The notes under the pieces are model-generated. The model saw only the letters and a program-made list of their open reading frames with translations. It had not been told where the DNA came from and searched no databases. Made by a program: the position numbers and the translations under genes. A DNA stretch of 63,913 nt from Octopus bimaculoides (lineage: Eukaryota), in NCBI RefSeq assembly GCF_001194135.2, contig NC_068989.1:94685834-94749746 (forward strand). The letters are read 5' to 3'. Position 1 is the first letter of the stretch. Each line of letters starts with the position of its first letter. Positions 1 to 13,159 of this stretch are shown piece by piece.

Positions 1-45
1 GTGAATATAAAAATTATATGAAATATTAAAAAAACGACTGAAATT

Positions 46-438
46 AACAATACAGAGACAACACAAATGTAGCGATGATCAGGCCACGCTCCGACCCCAC
101 AAGCCCTGATCTATCGCTGGTACCTTTTTTTGTTCTTGTTTTATAGCCTGTTCACACGGTTCCTTGCACGCACAACACTCGTGCAACATGCTTCCATCTC
201 TTTTGGAACGTACACTCCGACAGACACCTCTTCTCCAGCCACACTTTCCTTTTCAAATGAAAAGTAAAAAATGATCGTAAATCGTGACCGGAGATAAAGT
301 TGCCTGTTTTAATCCCTTTTATCCTAGTCTTCCATACTATCTCTTTCGCTATTGCTACAACCGTGAGAAAATAATTCTTACCTTCGTTCGTTAAAACTCC
401 CGGTGGGTCAATTTTTATAATTGACTCATTCGACAGCT
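46..438 (-). mobile_element. L1-Tx1-like LINE, 3' end fragment (ORF2 C-terminus/3' UTR)
   Basis: Direct repeat of 2113-2505 (roughly 90% identical by eye), which is contiguous with Tx1-like ORF2 sequence; identity stops after CGACAGCT at 438. Confidence 0.75.
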
Positions 439-1587
439 ATGGTGGCAATCCAATCTCATCATCGACACCGACTTTATATACGTGTTAGATAATACATTAT
501 GGGTTTTGTTATCCATTTCGTGGAACTCGTAGGTCTTATATTTATCAGAAAATTCTGCAATCCTAGTGGCTGAATTTTTCGCTTTTATTTCTCTCATTAA
601 ATCTTCGTTTTTGCAGTGTAACGCGACTATCCCTCTGTCTTCTGCTTCCTTTCTGACTATTTTTGGTTTGTCTATTTTCGCAGGTTTTTTTTTTTGTTCT
701 TAGTTCCACCTGTTTGTGTTCATTTGTCTTTTCCATTTTTCTCTTCTTGTTAATTGCCTTCTTTTCTTTTGTTTTTCTTTCTCTCTCCTCATCTTCACCA
801 TCGGATCTTCCTCGCCGTTTCTACAGTGTTGTATTTTTTTATATGGCCCAGCTGGCCACACTGGGAACATCGGGGCTTACGGTCCTCGATGAATACGTTA
901 AAGCATTCCTCCCCAATTTCTATTTTTTCCGATTACTGTTCTAAAATTGACTGTTCTGCTTGTATTAGGAGGTGAACCGTTTAACCGGTCCAATAGGCCT
1001 TTTCTGTGACGATATCCTGAAGGGGAGTTATATTATCTTCCCTTTTTGCGAGGACTGCAACCATCAACCACATAGGGTCTACTTGAGGTGGGACTCTTGG
1101 TATACGTATCTTTGACGTCACATTTCTATTTATATTGGAATCAAAACAACGTCCTTCGTTTCTAAAGTTTTAACTGAGTGCATTTGTGCAGTTTCTATAT
1201 CTTTTAATCGTACTTCGATAGTACCAAACTTCTTCCCTTTGGCTAGGTATGTGATATCCTGCCATATGGGTTTCAAGCACTTCTCAACTTTCTCTTCGCT
1301 CACTCGATCACTTTTTTCCCCTTTAGACAGTAAGATTTACAAATAATTCTTTTTTCTTTTTTCTAACATTAATAGTTCTTCCGGGGTTGAACTTTCACAA
1401 CACCGTTTTCAATTATTATCATATCTTTGTACTTTATCAGGTCATTTTTGTCTGTCGACAGCTGGCGGGTTCCGCCTCCTTCCGCCGACGCAAAATTTCT
1501 TTTTTGTCTATTTTCTTCTGTTTGAAAGCTTTTCACGTCAATATACCTCTTTGAAACAGTACACGTTGATGGTTGGAGAAATTCACT
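439..1587 (-). mobile_element. Decayed L1-Tx1-like ORF1 with CCHC zinc-knuckle remnant
   Basis: Minus strand reads EECFNVFIEDRKPRCSQCGQLGHI at about 841-905, preceded by KCLKPIWQDITYLAKGKKFGTIEVRLKD; contains stops and frameshifts; runs into the N gap at 1588. Confidence 0.7.
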
Positions 1588-2112
1588 NNNNNNNNNNNNN
1601 NNNNNNNNNNNNNNNNNNNNNNNNNNNNNNNNNNNNNNNNNNNNNNNNNNNNNNNNNNNNNNNNNNNNNNNNNNNNNNNNNNNNNNNNNNNNNNNNNNNN
1701 NNNNNNNNNNNNNNNNNNNNNNNNNNNNNNNNNNNNNNNNNNNNNNNNNNNNNNNNNNNNNNNNNNNNNNNNNNNNNNNNNNNNNNNNNNNNNNNNNNNN
1801 NNNNNNNNNNNNNNNNNNNNNNNNNNNNNNNNNNNNNNNNNNNNNNNNNNNNNNNNNNNNNNNNNNNNNNNNNNNNNNNNNNNNNNNNNNNNNNNNNNNN
1901 NNNNNNNNNNNNNNNNNNNNNNNNNNNNNNNNNNNNNNNNNNNNNNNNNNNNNNNNNNNNNNNNNNNNNNNNNNNNNNNNNNNNNNNNNNNNNNNNNNNN
2001 NNNNNNNNNNNNNNNNNNNNNNNNNNNNNNNNNNNNNNNNNNNNNNNNNNNNNNNNNNNNNNNNNNNNNNNNNNNNNNNNNNNNNNNNNNNNNNNNNNNN
2101 NNNNNNNNNNNN

Positions 2113-3390
2113 TAACAATACAGGGACAATACAAATGAAGCGATGATCAGGCCACGCTCCAACCTCACAAGCCCCGATCTATCGCTGGTACCTTTTTTGT
2201 TCTTCTTTTTACGTCTATTCACACGGTTCCTTGCACGCACAACACTCGTGCAACATGCTTCCATCTCTTTTGGAACGTACACTCCGACAGACATCTCCTC
2301 TCCAGCCACACCTTCCTTTTCAAATGAAAAGTAAAAAATGAACGTAAATTGTGGCCAGAGATAAAGTTGCCTGTCTTAATTGCTTTTACCCTAGTCTTCC
2401 ATACTGCCTCTTTCGCTATTGCTACAACCGTGAGAAGACAATTCTTACCTTCATTTGTTAAAACTCCCGGTGGGTCAATTTTTATAATTGACTCAGTCGA
2501 CAGCTGTACTCTTCCTTCGCCGGACAACAGGTGTTCAGCATAAGCCCAGATGTGAGATATCTCCGGACACTGAACAACAGCATGAGAGACGGTTTTCCTG
2601 TATCCCCCGCTTACCAAGTCTTGCGAACTTATCCCAAACGGGCAAGGCACCTCTGTAGCATTGCCAGGTTAAGGACTTTTGGAAGTTGTCCAACGTTCTC
2701 AACCCGAATGTACGGTGAAACAGGCTGTCCAGTTAAATAAACCCGAGACCTAGATTCGCCCCCAGGCCATCGTCGCATTCAGACTCCACCAACCCACTAT
2801 ATAAAATCCGTGTGGAACCCCCACCGCTGGCGTTGCTCGAGTTCCGGAATAGCAAGAGGGCCTTACGGCACTCTTTATGCCCCTCACTCGACCTCAGTCT
2901 ACGAGAACACCAGGCTTCCTGTTCGCAAAAACTTTTGAGCTCGGGGAACATTTGTCTGGCCACCATCCAGGAGAATCCAGAGATGCCTCAACCTCAACGC
3001 ATGCCTGCGCATCATTAACCAAGGCATCCCTATACTTCCCTTTAAAGGCTTTTCACAGCAGACAGACCGTTTCGCAAGTGGTGACCTGCCCTTCCACAAA
3101 AACTGAAAGAGCTGTCTCTCCAACCTGATCAACCACAAATCCGGACAGGGCACGACGGTCAAGCGGTAGGTAATGACCGATGCGATAAACACTTTGGCCA
3201 CCCACCCACCCCCTTCTGGGATAGCCACCACCAAGACGAGGTCTTGACTACTGCAGCCACCCTGCTCAATACCTCAGTCCAGTTTTTCTCTATCTGGAGG
3301 CCTGGTCAAAACCAAACTCCCAGCAACTTAACTTTAGATATCTCTCGACTGTTAACCAAGCTTGACAGAGAAGGCTATAAGTCAACCCTG
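2113..3390 (-). mobile_element. L1-Tx1-like LINE, ORF2 C-terminal region and 3' end (5'-truncated, frameshifted)
   Basis: VKLLGVWF..LQIEKNWTEVLSRV, then KVFIASVITYRLTVVPCP..LERQLFQFLWKGRSPLAKRSVCCEKPLKGSIGMP (the L1/Tx1 FLW...GGLG region), plus downstream C-terminal ORF pieces 2219-2966. Confidence 0.85.
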
Positions 3391-3494
3391 CAGTTTTTCT
3401 TTCACCTCCATTCTGTTTGTTACTTTTTTTTTTATTTAAAAATCTTGACGCGTATTTTACCGAAAAATATTTTTTTTATCCTATGATTAACTCG

Positions 3495-3685
3495 CTTCAG
3501 TCGTTAGACTTCGGCCGTGCTGTAGCATCACTATCAAGAACTTTTAGCTGAATGAATCGATCCCACTACTTATTTCTTTTAAAACCTGGCACATTTTCTA
3601 TCTGTCATTTTGGCGAACCTCTGATTTTACGGGACGTAAACAATCAAGCGATGGTGGGGGGGGGGACAAATACAAACAGGATCGA
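3495..3685 (-). mobile_element. SINE family B, 3' half, degenerate
   Basis: Reverse complement resembles 13840-13930 and 23480-23660 (ttgtccccccc...cgtcccgtaa...agcacggccgaag). Confidence 0.6.
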
Positions 3686-4346
3686 AGACACACACATACG
3701 GCTAGAGACACACAGAGAGAGACGACAGGCTTCTTTCATTTTCCGTCCACCAAATTAACTCACAAAGCTTTAGTTTAAGTATAATTCTCTGAAAAAGAAA
3801 ATGTAAAAAGGAATAAAATGATCTTTTCTGACCCTTTCTGGAAGGAAAATCAAAATACAGAGAATTAGTACTAAATAAATCTGATAAGCAATTGCTGGAT
3901 AATATTGATCTCCTAAGGTAATTTTGTGGAGGTAGCGTAGACCCAAAATGTACGGTCACGTGTCATATTATGCATAAGTGACGCTGATCGCATCGGCTAC
4001 ATGTAGTAGTTGGACAATAGTGTTCGATAATCATAAAATGTCGTAGTTGTAAAACCAACCCCAGAGAAATATGATGAATGGTGCGGAAAAGTAGCTCGAA
4101 CCAAGATATTAAAACTTGAAAACATAATTACTTTTAAAGGAATCGACAACAGATTCCACATGAAAAATCCCAACTCCTCGCAACTGTGAAGAAACATTCC
4201 TGCTGTTCTGCTGTTCTGCTGTTCAATGATGTTATTCCAATTGTTCGAAAAAGTAAAACTAAAAGTAAAATTTTGAAAAGTACTTAAATTGAATCCTATG
4301 CTAGTAAATAGGGACTTCACAAAAGACAAAGAAAGTTTATCTGTAA

Positions 4347-5041
4347 TACGAGGATGAGTCAAAAAAAGTAATGCCATTTTGTTTAGGACAGGTATAATTA
4401 CCAGCACAGGAACATGCATCATACATCAAAACGAAGCTGGTCCTCTGTAGATAACATCCCTGTTCCTCAACATAGTCACCGTTTCTCTTAATAGAAATGT
4501 TCCCCTTTCGAATGAGAGCATGTATCGCTGCCCCGTAAAATTCTGTTGACCGTTCTTTCAGCCACTTCTTCACTACAGTTTTCACTTCCTCGTCACTGGA
4601 ATAATATTTGCCTCTCAAACCCTCTTTCATGGGATGGTAGTCTGAAGGCACTAAATTTGGTGAGTGCAGGCATTGAGCCTTTCCGTCTTGCGGTCGGTAG
4701 TCAGGTCTCTCGGTACCCAACGGGCACACACTTTTGAAAAGCAAAGTGATTCGATAACGTTGTAAGCACTTCCATGTCTCACTTCAAGATTTTCTGTCAA
4801 CTCATCAAGAGTTATGCGTCTGTCTTCTCTGATCAGAACATCTGCTTTTGCTTTATTGGCAGGATTCACAGAAGCGGACGGACGGACGGCCAGAACGGGG
4901 TTTATCGGCTACACTCACAGTTCCCACCTTTTCATCTTTCAGACGACGGACCCACCTGCATACATTGCTATAATCTAAAGTATTGTCATCAAAGACATTT
5001 TATAATCGTCGGTGGATGTCCACAAGGGTTTCCCCCTCAGC
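4347..5041 (-). mobile_element. Mariner (Tc1/mariner) remnant with internal deletion
   Basis: TA+CGAGGATGAGTCAAAAA terminal repeat at 4347; HTH region (..VCRWVRR..ADKPRSGRP..EDRRITLDEL..KVCARWVPRDLT) joined to SPNLVPSDYH..KEGLRGKYYSSDEEVK..GDYVE. Confidence 0.9.
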
Positions 5042-5449
5042 NNNNNNNNNNNNNNNNNNNNNNNNNNNNNNNNNNNNNNNNNNNNNNNNNNNNNNNNNNN
5101 NNNNNNNNNNNNNNNNNNNNNNNNNNNNNNNNNNNNNNNNNNNNNNNNNNNNNNNNNNNNNNNNNNNNNNNNNNNNNNNNNNNNNNNNNNNNNNNNNNNN
5201 NNNNNNNNNNNNNNNNNNNNNNNNNNNNNNNNNNNNNNNNNNNNNNNNNNNNNNNNNNNNNNNNNNNNNNNNNNNNNNNNNNNNNNNNNNNNNNNNNNNN
5301 NNNNNNNNNNNNNNNNNNNNNNTATATATATATAATGGGACAGTTGTTGATAAGCTCGAAACGATACATACTCAAAACGTTTTTGATCGGTAATATTTAG
5401 TCACATATATATATGTATGTATATATATGTATATGTATATATATATATT

Positions 5450-5522
<73 letters not shown>

Positions 5523-7635
5523 ATGTATGTATGTATGTATGTATGTATATATGTATATATGTATCTATGTATATATCGAAAGAAAGAGATAGTATAAATT
5601 CGGATTATGTAATACAGTTTTATAATGTAAAAATTATCGCTACCACGTCCTCAATGTACGTGGGTTTTTCAACGCGAAGTACTGCGGTCTATCGTCCGAG
5701 AAAAATGCTTTTAAAGACCTATACTGCTAAAAATATTCATATATAAAATGATTTCTTCCGGACGATGAACGAGAAATCACATTATTATCAACAATATATT
5801 TTAACGATAAAAATTAAATAAAACCAATAAAATGATCCGTACTAATATTTAATACAGTTTTCATCATTATAATAGTTATAGGATGTATTAGGTTTTCTTT
5901 TGATATTATTTGAGTTATTTGAATTAAGTTTATTGTCTTCTAATATGTCAGGGGTTGCAGAGAATCTTATTCCTGCAAATCCTTTAGTTATTTCTCTTCA
6001 GATTAAGCCTGAATAGTATTTTGTGTTTGCGTATGTTATTTTGCAGTTGAGAAATACGTCTGTGGGCGATTGTTCTTTGAGAAATATCTATTATTGTTTT
6101 GTGAGTTTGTGCTACAATTTATAAATGTAATTAATGGATTGCCGGGACCCCGTTCGTGTTAATAGATTAATTGTTTATAATTATGTATCCTAATTAATTC
6201 AAAAACCTCGTTATAGGCAGTATTTACAGCGGTATTCATCCGACGATAATTTCCGATATAGATGTGCCGTGTTTAAAAACACATTGCGTGATGAATATTG
6301 ATGGGAGGTGGTACTCATGCTAGATGCGGTGAACGAGGACATCTGCCTCCATGGGCTTAATCAATCGGACGGATACCGCACACAATTTTACCTACAATGA
6401 TAATTTTTACATTAAACATGAAGCCTTAAAAGCTACTATTTTAAGCTAAAACTTCTATTGCATATAACATATATGTGTGAGCGTGTGTGTGTGTGTGTTC
6501 GTACATATATGCGTGTATCTGTATCCGCTATGGGTCCCGTGCGTTGTAATCCTTTTTTTTTAAAGGTTTCCTATCATCATCTCAGCCAGTGTTGTATATT
6601 TGCAACTGTTCGACCTTCGGCCATTCAACACGCTATAACCTAATAATAGTATAGTTTTTATGTTTTATTTTCTACATAAATGAAAACATCTAAAGAATAT
6701 AGAAAAAGTATTCTTTAATATATAAGCTCCGCTAAAAGCCACCGTTTAATTCTTCTCAATCATTTACTCTGCGACAGAACGAGTGTCTGGTGCCAACAAA
6801 CTTGAATAAATCTACATATTTTTTTTTATTGATATTTGGATCAATACATAGAAAGATCAAGAGAAGGAAAGAAAAGCACATCGAAAGCTCTATGATTACA
6901 CATATGTATGTGTGCTTGTGTATTTAGAGAGATTGATAGCTAGATAAGTAAGATTGGAGAGTGACAGGGCGAGAGAGAGAGATAGAGAGAGAGAGAAATA
7001 AAAGGAAAGTAAGAAAAAGAGAGAACAGAATCAAAGAGATTTTAGTGAACAAAAATAGGCATCATTAGGGTTATTCGTTTGGCTTTTACAATTGTCTGTT
7101 TTACAATTTGGTGTTTTCATTCTTCAATTTAGCTGTGAAACTACGTTTGATCAACGCTTTACTTTTACCACTTTAGTATGCATCTACTCCAGATGTCTAG
7201 ACTGTAATTTATTACAAGATAAGACATTCTCATAATTAATGATATAGTAAACTATTTCAACAAATTCTTGTCTTTATTGTGGATTTAAACTCTAGCACTC
7301 TTTACTATTATTGTCACTAAAATGTCTCGTCGAATTTCATCATCAGAGACGACTGCTTCGGCCAAACAACATTTCTCTCTCTCTCTCTCCCTCACACGCA
7401 CATGAACATGTTTGCAACAGGAGTACGTACGTGTACGTGTGTTTTTGTGTGTGTCACTGAAATCATTCACACACATACATACCCCCCCCTCTCTTTCGCT
7501 TGTTTTTTGTCAATCAATCCCACAGTCACTCACTAAAAAAAGGAAATACACACGCACATAGACATATATGCAATAGGTGTATGTACATCTTTTCCTCTGT
7601 GTGCATATGCCACTGAAGCCATTCACACATACATA

Positions 7636-7673
<38 letters not shown>

Positions 7674-8591
7674 GTCAATCAGTCATAAATTCACTCACTA
7701 CAAAAAGTGAACAAAATAATTTTCAGTTATCTCTATCTCTCTCTCTCTCCATCACATACGCACCACACTTTCTGTCTCGCACAGCTCCTCAAACACTATA
7801 TATGTATATAACATGTGTGTGTGTAAAATTTCGGAAACTTTTCTCCGCAGCCACGGAAACGTTTTTCACGACAAATTCCGATATAATCGGAATCCACACC
7901 ATCTGAAATGTATATGTTGAACATTTCATTAAAAACATCAATTTTTCTGGAGGTTAGGAGGGAGGCACCTGTGTTAGTATACTTTATTAACTATAAACAC
8001 ACTGTCTGCTAACATATAAAATATAAACTGAAGCTAAAATTTATTCAAATATTAATATTGTTTCTTCAGCTTACCGGAAAAGGACTCCTGGCTCGTTTTA
8101 CTGCTGGCGAAGGATTAAAAAAACGAAGATATTTTTACTTATCTGGGCATTGCTCTTACATACAAATTAACAACAATTCGACTCGAGAGATAAACACAAA
8201 CCACCTCGTGCTGACTGCAAAACACCCACCAAATTAGCCGGAAACACACACACACACACGTCCATTTCATATATTTTCTTTCAATTTCTGTTCTCTGCAA
8301 ATAAATTTTTTAGGGATACAACTGCTTACAAAAATAGGGATTAATGTATATTTTTTTTTCTATGTTCATAATTAAATCAATATTTTCATGATTAGACAGA
8401 GGTCCAATAGAACAACTCTCAGAAGCAGACTACGTACAAATATGTCAATCATCACGACACACACCTTCACTCACTCACTCTATCTCTCTGTCTCACCCTC
8501 TTTCTCTCTCACATACACACGTGCAAGCACGCACACACGCACACACGCACACGCAAACACACACACACACACACGTCCATTTCATATTAAC

Positions 8592-8822
8592 GGCGGCGAG
8601 CTGGCAGAAACGTTAGCGCACCGCGCGAAACGCTTAGCGGTAGTTCGTCTGCTGTTACGTTCTGAGTTCAAATTCCGCCGAGGTCGACTTTGCCTTTCAT
8701 CCTTTCGGGGTCGATTAAAGAAGTACCAGTTACGAACTGGGGTCGATATAATCGACTTAATCCGTTTGTCTGTCCTTGTTTGTCCCCTCTGTGTGTAGCC
8801 CCTTGTGGGTAGTAAGGAAATA
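8592..8822 (+). mobile_element. tRNA-derived SINE family A (tail variant 1), full length with TSD
   Basis: Head GGCGGCGAGCTGGCAGAAACGTTAGC, B-box-like GAGTTCAAATTCC; flanked by direct repeat CACACGTCCATTTCATAT (about 8570-8587 and 8824-8841). Confidence 0.9.
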
Positions 8823-8879
8823 ACACACGTCCATTTCATATATCTTCTTTCAATTTCTTCTCTCTGTAAGTAACGTTTT

Positions 8880-8991
8880 TACGGACCCGAAATGATAAGG
8901 TTGAAAAACGCTGTTATAGATGATGCCTAACCGAAAACGATCCCCGCCACATCACCCAAACAGACCGGGTGAAACTGGGCTTAGCTGCTAG
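8880..8991 (+). mobile_element. Helitron-type 3' end
   Basis: CCGG-GTGAAA-CTGG hairpin then CTTAGCTG-CTAG|T; same layout and similar sequence to the end at 22419-22447. Confidence 0.6.
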
Positions 8992-9265
8992 TGTACCTAT
9001 AATTTTACTGGAAACATCTGTAAGACAGATTTGCTCCAATAAAGGAATTAATTATATTAAAAACATCATTTTTAACTTGTTCTTATATATCACTCGTTAA
9101 CAGCCATTTTATCGGGAGCCCATCCACGGCTTTACAAAATAGTGTAACTTGGAAACCCACCACAAGATTAATTGGAGTTATTCACTAATCTCACTAATTT
9201 TGTTAGCCTGGTGTGCCAACAGAGAGTTTATGAAGTATTTTTCCCAGATCGATAATCCCTCACTA

Positions 9266-9325
<60 letters not shown>

Positions 9326-10829
9326 CATGGACGTACTATCTGGGTAGGCAAAGTAGGCAATGCCTACCTTGAATAAAATAGATCGATAGCTAAATTTTCC
9401 TTTTATGGCAAATTATACATTTAATTCAATAAAATTATGAAGGTTACTGTGATTACAATGCATAAAATAGTGCATAAAGTCATCCGAAACTCCATTGAAT
9501 TGGGAAACATAGTGACTGGACGAAAAGAATGTCAGCGGGAGGCTATTAAGGAAGGTGTAAATATTGCGGAAGAAATTACAAACAGGCTTCAGTAGAATCC
9601 ACTATATTCTGTTGTCTGGCTAAAAGTAGCAGCTTTGGTATACAATCCCACAAAAGACCATATTTTGATAAAGTACTAGATTAACAGTGGCTGCCAAGGA
9701 CCAATAACATAGGCACGCATACGTACACGCACACACACATGAATGCACACACACACACACACACAAATACACCCACACACACACAAATACACAAAGTCAT
9801 ACACACACACACACTTACACAAACACACATACACGCTCATATATCGTTCAAAAAATAAGAAATTAAATAGCTAGTATTTCAGAAATAGTTTATTTGGTAG
9901 TTTTGAAGCATACATACATACATACATACATACATACATACTCACACACGCACGCACACACGCACACACACACACACACACACACACGACACACCCACAA
10001 ATATATCCATGTGCATGCGGATGCACACTGTGAGTATGCACCGCTTACCACGCACTATACACCCACTCACCTTCATTCATGCGCGCGCACACATATTTGT
10101 CTTTGCATGATTTACGCGAAACATAACTCATTCTAAAATTTTGACATGTGTATCTCTTTCTTCTTCTTTGTTTTTCCTTCTCTCCCGGTAAAATATTTAT
10201 TAACATTGACTTTTATTTATATTTTAAGCAATACATTTTACAACAATCAGGTGGTTTCCATTTAGACTGGTATATTGCCAAGTTCGATTGTGTGCCATCT
10301 ATAGTTACTGTATCGAAATAAAAGGGAGAAGCTATCGGATTTTTTTTTTCCTTTGCTATCTCAAAGGAGAAAACTGAATTGAAATTGAACCAGATTAGAA
10401 ATAAAGATAAGGAAATTGAATATTTGTATCTGGGCAGAAACTATAAAATTTCAGCGCGCTAAGATTTGTTTCTTTAATTTCTTCCGTTTATTTTCTTTCA
10501 TTTTTCATATAACGTATCTATCTCTCACTTATGTATATATATATATATATATATATNNNNNNNNNNNNNNNNNNNNNNNNNNNNNNNNNNNNNNNNNNNN
10601 NNNNNNNNNNNNNNNNNNNNNNNNNNNNNNNNNNNNNNNNNNNNNNNNNNNNNNNNNNNNNNNNNNNNNNNNNNNNNNNNNNNNNNNNNNNNNNNNNNNN
10701 NNNNNNNNNNNNNNNNNNNNNNNNNNNNNNNNNNNNNNNNNNNNNNNNNNNNNNNNNNNNNNNNNNNNNNNNNNNNNNNNNNNNNNNNNNNNNNNNNNNN
10801 NNNNNNNNNNNNNNNNNNNNNNNNNNNNN

Positions 10830-10867
<38 letters not shown>

Positions 10868-10902
10868 CATATATATGCGCATACACACACACATATGCAC
10901 AC

Positions 10903-10933
<31 letters not shown>

Positions 10934-13111
10934 GCCAGACGGACAGATACACGTGCTTATTTACAAGCATACTTATTGATAGAAAGGTTTTCGATCCGAA
11001 TATCCTTGAAAGAAGAATTTACGACATTCTAATCCAAGTCGTTTCTTGCTGAGCAAGTAAAGTTTATTATCTATGTATTTACTATTTCTCTTGTTTTGTT
11101 TTTTGTTGTTTTTCTTCCAGTCTAAGATATTTATGGAAACATCGAAGAATTACACACTCTGAAAATAGATTAGTTTCAACAAATGCCAGGATTGGAAGAG
11201 GGAACCAAGAGACGGGATGAGGATTTAAGAGAGAATATTATTGGATGTAAGGAGAGAATTAGAACGAAAAGGAAGATGAATCTAGTCGGACAGCGTAACG
11301 CAAGGGTTAGCATACTTTTCGTTTCTAGGCCACTCGCTTATAAATAACTTGGAGATAAACATGTACACATTCATGTCTGCGCATAAACAAACGTTGGCAA
11401 ACACGCAGGAGTATCTACATACATACATACTCAGTGTAAGATTTATTTATATTAATTTGAATGCATTTAACCGGTTTCACGGTTATGTGACTTTCAGACG
11501 AGTAAGATATGTGAAATGTGGAGGTATTTCACAAACTATCACATTTCTGGACGTTCTTCCAATATTCGTTAGTTTTTATTGACAGAATGTGGATTAGATT
11601 GTTCTTATTTAACATTCAGACTGATTGGTTGAAGATATTCACTTGGTAAGATACGAGAATGTGTTTGCCAGTTATCTGCTACGGCCGTGTACTAAAGCCA
11701 TGTGATAGCCACTTGTGAGGATCAGGCCAAATGTTTAGTCTATTCAATATGTCATGTAACAGTCACAGGAATAGCTACAAATGGTGAAAGTGGCGTTTGA
11801 ATGATGGGTTGATGGGGCCTGGTGGTTGTTTCAAGTTGCTGTATAAACATGTTATTTTCATTAGCGAAGGCCTGGTGGCTAGTTAGTGCCATATATATGA
11901 CTTTATTGAATGGTTGATTCTCAATCTTGCACGTGTGCACATACATATACACGCACACATATGTTTAATTATATATTCATACATTTATATGTGTACGTGC
12001 ATGTGTCCATATTTAAGTAACATTTAAAACAGCTGATGATAATAAATTACGTTTCAAAAGATAATTGTGAGGGATTTAATAAAATAAGAAGATAACAAAA
12101 AAAAAAAAAANNNNNNNNNNAAAAAAAAAAAAAAAAACAATGTGATATTTTAAATGGTAAAGCAGACATAAGAGATTTCCCTTAGTACATAAATTCATTC
12201 GGAGAATTTAATTCTTGAAGTTATCCTAGCATTTTGAGTTCTTTCTCCAATTAAGGGGGAAATTCTGATTCCTTGAGTAGTTTTGTGTCTGTCCCTTACT
12301 ACATCGACCCTTAGTCTGTTCTAATCTATGCGTAGCCCCTTATATGCTAGAGAGCATCAATAAAAATAGGCCAAAGAAAGGATTATATTTTAACTCTTCG
12401 AATGGATGTACGGATGTAAAGGTTCCTAATATTATTGGCTAGCTGTTTACAAATAACTGTTACCTAGATCATTCCCAATCGACACACACACACATCAAAA
12501 ACAATCCCCTACGCAAAATAAAGTATCAATCCTTCTATTGCTTCACGATGTAAAATTTTGTGTCTTTAGTCGCTTTCCCATCTCTCTAATCACCACTCAC
12601 ACAGAAAATAATTCTTTACTATTTCAACAAAGATTAGCGTATTTCGGGGCATAAAATGTCATTTTCTTCGTCCTCTCAATATAACCTCTGATACAGTGAT
12701 TAATATTTTTAATGGACTAAAAGCAAACGAGAAAATATTTCTCTCATCCCAAACATAAAAATTTCTAATGGCACAGATCGCTAGTTTACCATCATTCCGT
12801 TATTTTTAACTGTACATATATGCATGCATGCATACATTCATATATGCATACATATATGTGTGTATATGTTTACACTCGCATATACATATATATATATATA
12901 TATATANNNNNNNNNNNNNNNNNNNNNNNNNNNNNNNNNNNNNNNNNNNNNNNNNNNNNNNNNNNNNNNNNNNNNNNNNNNNNNNNNNNNNNNNNNNNNN
13001 NNNNNNNNNNNNNNNNNNNNNNNNNNNNNNNNNNNNNNNNNNNNNNNNNNNNNNNNNNNNNNNNNNNNNNNNNNNNCACATACATATATATATATATACA
13101 TATATACATAT

Positions 13112-13159
<48 letters not shown>

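Noticed and set aside
1369-2309. Long ORFs spanning N runs (also 4774-5400, 10416-11052, 12806-13227, 13667-14396, 21481-22318, 38410-39258, 48602-49349, 51438-51871)
   Set aside because: They are open only because N codons are not stops; assembly-gap artefacts.
3997-4422. 141-codon hydrophobic minus ORF
   Set aside because: Starts inside the mariner end, has T-rich composition bias and no recognisable motif.
9326-9370. hAT-like terminal sequence CATGGACGTA..GTAGGCA-A-TGCCTAC
   Set aside because: No matching opposite end or 8-bp TSD found.
12099-12136. Poly(A) run as a retrocopy tail
   Set aside because: Interrupted by a 10-N gap; no upstream element or TSD identifiable.
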